From: an uncultured candidatus Brocadiaceae bacterium
Lineage (GTDB): Bacteria; Planctomycetota; UBA1135; UBA2386
Direction of reading: 5' to 3'
DNA: 43,228 nucleotides
Assembly (NCBI GenBank): GCA_964565715.1
Contig: CAZMGG010000003.1
Location: 64,368-107,595, forward strand
Shown: positions 38,603-43,228 of the stretch, one piece after another
Numbering within the stretch: position 1 is the stretch's first letter
Layout of the letters: every line of letters begins with the position of its first letter
Notes under the pieces: model-generated
Told to the model about the DNA's origin: nothing
What the model saw: only the letters and a program-made list of their open reading frames with translations
Databases searched by the model: none
Position numbers and translations under genes: made by a program

Positions 38603-38619
38603 CGGGCACGCCGGTTGCC
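38603..38619 (+). promoter_or_regulatory. Putative sigma54 (-24/-12) promoter directly upstream of the catalase gene
   Basis: cGGGCACGccggTTGCc matches TGGCACG-N4-TTGCW, with GG and GC spaced exactly 10 nt apart. It lies in the 36-nt gap between the bEBP stop at 38597 and the catalase ORF at 38634. Confidence 0.55.
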
Positions 38620-38633
38620 TGCGCCCCGCGACC

Positions 38634-41009
38634 ATGCCGCGCCGCAAGCCCAGCAAGCCCAGCAAGCCATCGCCCAGCCCGAAGACCAGCACCCGGAAGT
38701 CCGGCCGATCGGCGAAGCCGAAGGCCAAACAGGCGGGCCGGACTCCGAAGGCGAGGCAGCAGGAGGCGGTGGACGCCCTGGCGGCGTCCATGCCGCACAA
38801 TGCCGCGAAGCCGGGTGAGTTCGGCCGGCTGTCCCGTCGGCCCCCGGCCGGAGCGTTGGTGGCCGCCGGTGATGCTGCCGCCACGGCCAGCACGCTGTCC
38901 GAGGGGAGGGGCACTGCCAAGACCGGCGACTCCCTCGATCGCGTGCGCACCGATGCCACGGGACAACGCCTCACCACCAACCAGGGCGTGCCCATCGCCG
39001 ACAACCAGAACTCGTTGAAGGCGGGTCTGCGCGGGCCGACCCTGCTCGAGGACTTCATCCTGCGGGAGAAGATCACCCACTTCGATCACGAGCGCATCCC
39101 CGAACGCATCGTCCATGCCCGTGGCTCCGGCGCCCACGGCTACTTCGAGTGCTACCGGCCGCTCACCGAGCTGACCCGCGCCTCGCTGTTCGCCGCGGCC
39201 CGCAAGCGGACGCCGGTGTTCGTGCGCTTCTCCACCGTGGCCGGCGAGCGCGGCTCCACCGACACCGCTCGCGACGTGCGCGGCTTCGCCGTGAAGTTCT
39301 ACACCGACGAGGGCAACTGGGATCTGGTGGGCAACAACATCCCGGTCTTCTTCATCCAGGATGCGATGAAGTTCCCCGATCTGGTGCACGCGCTGAAGCC
39401 GGAGCCGCACCACGGCATGCCACAGGCTGCGTCGGCGCACGACACCTTCTGGGACTTCGTGTCGCTGATGCCCGAGTCGACCCACATGCTGCTGTGGCTC
39501 ATGTCCGACCGCGCCATCCCGCGCAGCTACCGGATGATGCAGGGCTTCGGCGTGCACACCTTCCGCTTCGTGAACGCGGAGGGCCGCGCCCGCTTCGTCA
39601 AGTTCCACTGGCTGCCGGCGGCGGGCACGCACTCGCTGGTGTGGGACGAGGCCGTTCGCATCTCGGGCGCCGATCCGGACTTCCATCGCCGAGACCTGTG
39701 GGAGGCCATCGAGGCCGGGGCCGGGCCGGAGTGGGAGCTGGCGATCCAGGTGTTCGACGAGGCGCAGGCCGAGGCGTTCAGCTTCGACGTGCTGGACCCG
39801 ACCAAGCTGGTGCCCGAGGAACTGGTGCCGCTGCAGCTGGTCGGCCGGATGATCCTGGATCGCAACCCCGACAACTTCTTCGCCGAGACCGAACAGGTGG
39901 CGTTCTGCACGGCGCACGTGGTGCCGGGCATCGACTTCAGCAACGATCCGCTGCTGGCCGGCCGCATCCACTCCTACGTCGACACCCAGATCTCACGGCT
40001 CGGCGGCGCCAACTTCCACGAGATCCCGATCAACGCGCCGCTGGCGCCGGTGCACAACAACCAGCGCGACGGCATGCACCGGCAGGCGATACCGCGCGGC
40101 CGTGTGGCCTACGAGCCGAACTCGCTCGGCGGCGGTGCGCCGTTCCAGGCCGGCCCGGCGGGATTCCAGTCGTTCGCCGAGCCGGTGGCGGAGGACAAGG
40201 TGCGGGGCAAGCCGGAGCGCTTCGCCGAACACTACCTGCAGGCCACCCTGTTCTACGAGAGCCAGAGCGACGTCGAGAAGCGGCACATCGCCGCGGCCTT
40301 CCGTTTCGAGCTGAGCAAGGTACAGGTGCCGGCGATCCGCGAGCGCATGGTGGCCGGTCTGTGCAACGTCAGCGAGGACCTGGCGCGCGCCGTGGCCGAC
40401 GGCCTCGGGTTCGGCGAACTGCCGAAGCCGCTTCCCAGGGTCCTGGCGCGGTCGCCCCGCCCCGAGATCACCCATTCGCCGGCCCTGTCGCTGCTGGCGC
40501 GACCCGGCAGCACCGGCATCGCCACACGCCGCATCGCCATCCTGGTCGCCGACGGGACCGATGGCCAGGCCGCCGCCGGGCTGCGCCAGCGGCTGCAGGA
40601 TGCCGACGCCGAGCCGCGCTGCGTCGGTGTCCGGCTCGGTCGCGTCAAGAACGGCACCGGCCGGATGCCGCTGCCGGTGGACGACACCCTGGAGACCGCG
40701 CCCTCGGTGACCTGGGACGCCATGGTCGTGCCCGGCGGCGCGGCCGCTGTCCGCGCCCTGGCGCAGAGCGCCCAGGCGCTCGACTTCCTCGCCGAACAGT
40801 ACCGTCACTGCAAGACGATCCTGCTGCTCGACGAGGCCGAGGCCCTGCTGGAGGCGGCGGGGATCCCGCGCTCCCTGCCGTCGGGCGCCGAGGACCCTGG
40901 CCTGCTGCTGGGTCAGGGCGGTGGCATCGGTCGCTGGTTCAAGGCCTTCGCCGCCGCGGTGGCGGCGCACCGCCACTTCGAACGCGAGACCGACCCGCCG
41001 CTCGTGTGA
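38634..41009 (+). CDS. katE: Large-subunit (HPII-type) monofunctional catalase with a C-terminal DJ-1/PfpI-like domain; the true start may be downstream, for example Met at 38790
   Basis: Catalase core motifs RERIPERVVHA-like ([19 protein letters not shown]), FDHERIPER, and the haem-proximal RLFSYxDT-like [12 protein letters not shown]. About 200 aa of C-terminal flavodoxin-like extension. The N-terminal 50 aa are Lys/Pro-rich. Confidence 0.85.
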   Translation: MPRRKPSKPSKPSPSPKTSTRKSGRSAKPKAKQAGRTPKARQQEAVDALAASMPHNAAKPGEFGRLSRRPPAGALVAAGDAAATASTLSEGRGTAKTGDSLDRVRTDATGQRLTTNQGVPIADNQNSLKAGLRGPTLLEDFILREKITHFDHERIPERIVHARGSGAHGYFECYRPLTELTRASLFAAARKRTPVFVRFSTVAGERGSTDTARDVRGFAVKFYTDEGNWDLVGNNIPVFFIQDAMKFPDLVHALKPEPHHGMPQAASAHDTFWDFVSLMPESTHMLLWLMSDRAIPRSYRMMQGFGVHTFRFVNAEGRARFVKFHWLPAAGTHSLVWDEAVRISGADPDFHRRDLWEAIEAGAGPEWELAIQVFDEAQAEAFSFDVLDPTKLVPEELVPLQLVGRMILDRNPDNFFAETEQVAFCTAHVVPGIDFSNDPLLAGRIHSYVDTQISRLGGANFHEIPINAPLAPVHNNQRDGMHRQAIPRGRVAYEPNSLGGGAPFQAGPAGFQSFAEPVAEDKVRGKPERFAEHYLQATLFYESQSDVEKRHIAAAFRFELSKVQVPAIRERMVAGLCNVSEDLARAVADGLGFGELPKPLPRVLARSPRPEITHSPALSLLARPGSTGIATRRIAILVADGTDGQAAAGLRQRLQDADAEPRCVGVRLGRVKNGTGRMPLPVDDTLETAPSVTWDAMVVPGGAAAVRALAQSAQALDFLAEQYRHCKTILLLDEAEALLEAAGIPRSLPSGAEDPGLLLGQGGGIGRWFKAFAAAVAAHRHFERETDPPLV

Positions 41010-41010
41010 G

Positions 41011-41781
41011 TCAGCGGATCACGCGGTCCATCACCGTCATCAGCAGGAAACCCAGCACCAGGCCCCAGGTCGCCACCCGCTCGCGGCCCCGCACGTGTGA
41101 CTCCGGGATCACCTCCTGCCCCACCACGTACAGCATCGCGCCGCCGGCGAACGCCATCGCCACCGCCACCGTCTCGATGCCGCCGCTGCCGACCACGATG
41201 CCGAGCAGACCCCCGCCCAGCTCGACCAGCCCCGTGCCTGCGGCCACCAGGAAGCTCCGCCATCGGCCGAGACCGACGGCGGCCATGGACGCGGCCGCCA
41301 CCAGGCCCTCGGGCAGGTTCTGCAGCACGATCCCGGCGGTGATGGCGTAGCCGGTGGCGACATCGGGCCCACTGAAGCCGATCCCCACCGCCAGGCCTTC
41401 CGGCAGGTTGTGCAGCGCGATCGCCAGCACGAACAGCCACGCGCCGCGCACGAACCTCGAACCCGGCCCATCGTGGCCCTTGATGAAGTGCTCGTGCGGC
41501 AGCGTCCGATCGGCCACCCACAGCACGAGGGCACCGGCCAGCACCCCGGTGGCGACCAGCAACGAAGCCGTGGCGTCGGTGCGGTGGGCCAGCAGTTCGT
41601 AGCCGCCGCCGAGCAGCGTGAAGGCCGACGCCGCCAGCATCACGCCGGCACCGAAGCCGAGCAACGCCGAGTTCACGCGGGGTGGCAGCCGCGGCACCAC
41701 CAACACGGGCAGCGCGCCCAGCGCCGTGGCCAGCCCCGCCACCACGCTGGCCACGATGGCCTGCTCGGTGCGGGGATCCAT
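41011..41781 (-). CDS. zupT: ZIP-family metal (zinc) transporter
   Basis: Two HNLPEGL-type motifs (ALHNLPEGLAVG, VLQNLPEGLVAA) and about 8 TM helices. Start taken at the MDPRTEQAIV Met. Confidence 0.75.
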   Translation of the reverse strand: MDPRTEQAIVASVVAGLATALGALPVLVVPRLPPRVNSALLGFGAGVMLAASAFTLLGGGYELLAHRTDATASLLVATGVLAGALVLWVADRTLPHEHFIKGHDGPGSRFVRGAWLFVLAIALHNLPEGLAVGIGFSGPDVATGYAITAGIVLQNLPEGLVAAASMAAVGLGRWRSFLVAAGTGLVELGGGLLGIVVGSGGIETVAVAMAFAGGAMLYVVGQEVIPESHVRGRERVATWGLVLGFLLMTVMDRVIR

Positions 41782-41863
41782 GGGCTTCAGGCCGCCTGCT
41801 GACGGGACGACATCGGCGCAGCGGACCACGGCAGCGTTGCCGGCGCAAGCCTGTCCCCGCCGG

Positions 41864-43081
41864 CTACTGCATCACCCAGGCCAGGCAGTTGCTCATCGCC
41901 GTGCCGATCGGCGGGCACAGCGCGATGCACTGCGAGGCCATCGGCGTGCCGGCGAACAGCGGGTTCGACGGCAGCGGCAACGGGAACGTCGTCGAGCCGT
42001 TGCAGCCGACGCCGCTGCTGGTCACGTTCATGCCGAGCGTGAAGGTGGCGGCGTTGAGCGGCACCAGCAGCACGCCGCACAGCGGCGTGAGCCCGGCGTT
42101 GCCGTTGCACGTGCCGAAGTTGAGCACGCACCAGGCCGGCACGTTCACCGGCGCCTGGTCGAAGCCGAGCTGCAGCGTCGTGCCCAGCAGCGGCGCGTTG
42201 CGCAGCAGGTGCACGTTCGGGCAGGACGGGCAGGCGCCGTTGGCGCAGGGCGCGCCGCTCGATGCCGCCGTCTGCCAGCGGATGCTCAGGTCGGTGTACG
42301 GATCGGGGAACGGCGCGCCCTGGATGCAGCACGGACCGGGGGTGAACGTCACCGACGGGCCGCTCGGGTTGTAGACGTAGTTCCAGGCCATCGTGCCGCG
42401 GCCGTTGGTCCAGTAGAGGATCGAGTTGGCCGCGTCGACGGCAATGCCGGTGACCAGCGACGGGTTGTTGAAGCAGTCCTGGTTGGGCGTGGCCTGGAAG
42501 AACGCGCAGGGGCTGCCGATCGGCGCCACGTAGAACGTGCCGCTGCCGTTGCTGAAGTCGCTGGTGCTGTAGAAGACCAGGCCACGGAGCTCGTCGATGG
42601 CGATGCCGGTGGTGGCGGTCCAGCCGGAGATGGCGAGCCCGGTGTTGCAGGAGCCGAGCACCGTCGGCGGACAGGTGTTGGTGCACCAGGTGATCCAGCC
42701 GGCGTCGTCGATCACCCAGAGCTGGTTCTGCGCGTCGTGCACGTCGAGGCCGGTGGCCTCGGCCAGCGGCGAGGACTTCGGGCACGGCACGACGCCGCAG
42801 GACACGGTGCAGCCGTTCATGCCGTAGCGGCCGAGCCACTGGCCGGTGGTGGCCCAGACGGTGTTGGTGGCGCCGTCCCAGGCGGTGCCGCCGGCCCAGT
42901 ACCAGGTCGTCGTCGGCGGCAGGCCGGTGGGCGTGCAGTTGGGCCCCGGCGTGCAGGCCAGGTGGTTGTGCTGCGCGAGGAGCGGGGTGTTGAGGGTGGT
43001 GCCGATCAGGTCGGCGTTCTGGGCGAGGACGGGGGCGGCGAGGATCGCGGCGAGGATCGCGGGGGTGGTGGGGCGGTGCAT
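41864..43081 (-). CDS. Secreted Cys-rich, Thr/Gly/Asn-rich hypothetical protein
   Basis: Signal peptide MHRPTTPAILAAILAAPVLAQ. 405 aa with more than 30 Cys and no recognisable catalytic motifs. Confidence 0.5.
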   Translation of the reverse strand: MHRPTTPAILAAILAAPVLAQNADLIGTTLNTPLLAQHNHLACTPGPNCTPTGLPPTTTWYWAGGTAWDGATNTVWATTGQWLGRYGMNGCTVSCGVVPCPKSSPLAEATGLDVHDAQNQLWVIDDAGWITWCTNTCPPTVLGSCNTGLAISGWTATTGIAIDELRGLVFYSTSDFSNGSGTFYVAPIGSPCAFFQATPNQDCFNNPSLVTGIAVDAANSILYWTNGRGTMAWNYVYNPSGPSVTFTPGPCCIQGAPFPDPYTDLSIRWQTAASSGAPCANGACPSCPNVHLLRNAPLLGTTLQLGFDQAPVNVPAWCVLNFGTCNGNAGLTPLCGVLLVPLNAATFTLGMNVTSSGVGCNGSTTFPLPLPSNPLFAGTPMASQCIALCPPIGTAMSNCLAWVMQ

Positions 43082-43228
43082 GGCGGGCTCCGGGGGATGG
43101 GGGCGCGGCCGGGATGGCCGCGTCCCCGAAGAGCCGGCGCCGGCGGAACCGCACGACCCGTCGGCCGGAGCCCTGCCCCTCAGGGCAGCATCGACAGCAG
43201 GGTCCGGGCCGGGACGATGCAGGGGGTG

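Overview
This is a very high-GC (~70-72%) bacterial chromosomal window. It is rich in secreted and membrane proteins and in Ser/Thr-kinase, ECF-sigma and sigma54 signalling genes; the protein repertoire fits Planctomycetota, Myxococcota or Gemmatimonadota, but taxonomy cannot be settled from sequence alone. Many long open frames on the opposite strand of real genes are high-GC shadow ORFs. I resolved real genes by signal peptides, conserved motifs and stop/start overlaps (ATGA, GTGA, TGATG).

Layout, left to right:
- A 49-nt poly-C artefact, then a low-GC (~56%) segment: a ~380-nt non-coding leader and a polytopic membrane glycosyltransferase-like gene (GT-C fold).
- A translationally coupled minus-strand operon: HEAT-repeat lipoprotein, lipoprotein, secreted HEAT-repeat protein. 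It is divergent from a giant secreted protein built of carboxypeptidase-regulatory-like (CarboxypepD_reg) domain repeats.
- A DUF4143 AAA+ ATPase and a secreted beta-helix protein, separated by an AT-rich palindromic operator.
- An SPFH (band-7) protein; a tRNA-Thr-like gene with an imperfect acceptor stem inside a ~900-nt structured non-coding region; an amino-acid dehydrogenase plus alpha/beta hydrolase operon; a UPF0261 / PEP-hydrolase-like pair; a hotdog-fold thioesterase.
- An ECF sigma factor, followed by a ~2.8-kb lower-GC (~58-60%) island.
- A second ECF sigma, a Hanks-type Ser/Thr kinase and a second CarboxypepD_reg giant, all coupled.
- An xth (exonuclease III) gene coupled to an ABC exporter; a ChaN-like/PDZ lipoprotein; a kinase-like coiled-coil protein divergent from a sigma54 activator with FHA, GAF and AAA+ domains that sits directly upstream of an HPII catalase; a ZIP-family zinc transporter; and a Cys-rich secreted protein.

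The best candidate for a novel system is the lower-GC island at ~18.6-21.4 kb. It is a translationally coupled cassette: a small protein, a membrane-anchored phage tail-collar-domain protein, a microcin-B17-like Gly/Ser/Cys-rich small peptide, and two paralogous 4-TM membrane proteins. This reads as a bacteriocin/RiPP-like or toxin/immunity-like locus with no known modification enzymes.

A second notable finding is a near-consensus sigma54 promoter wedged between its FHA-containing activator and the catalase gene.
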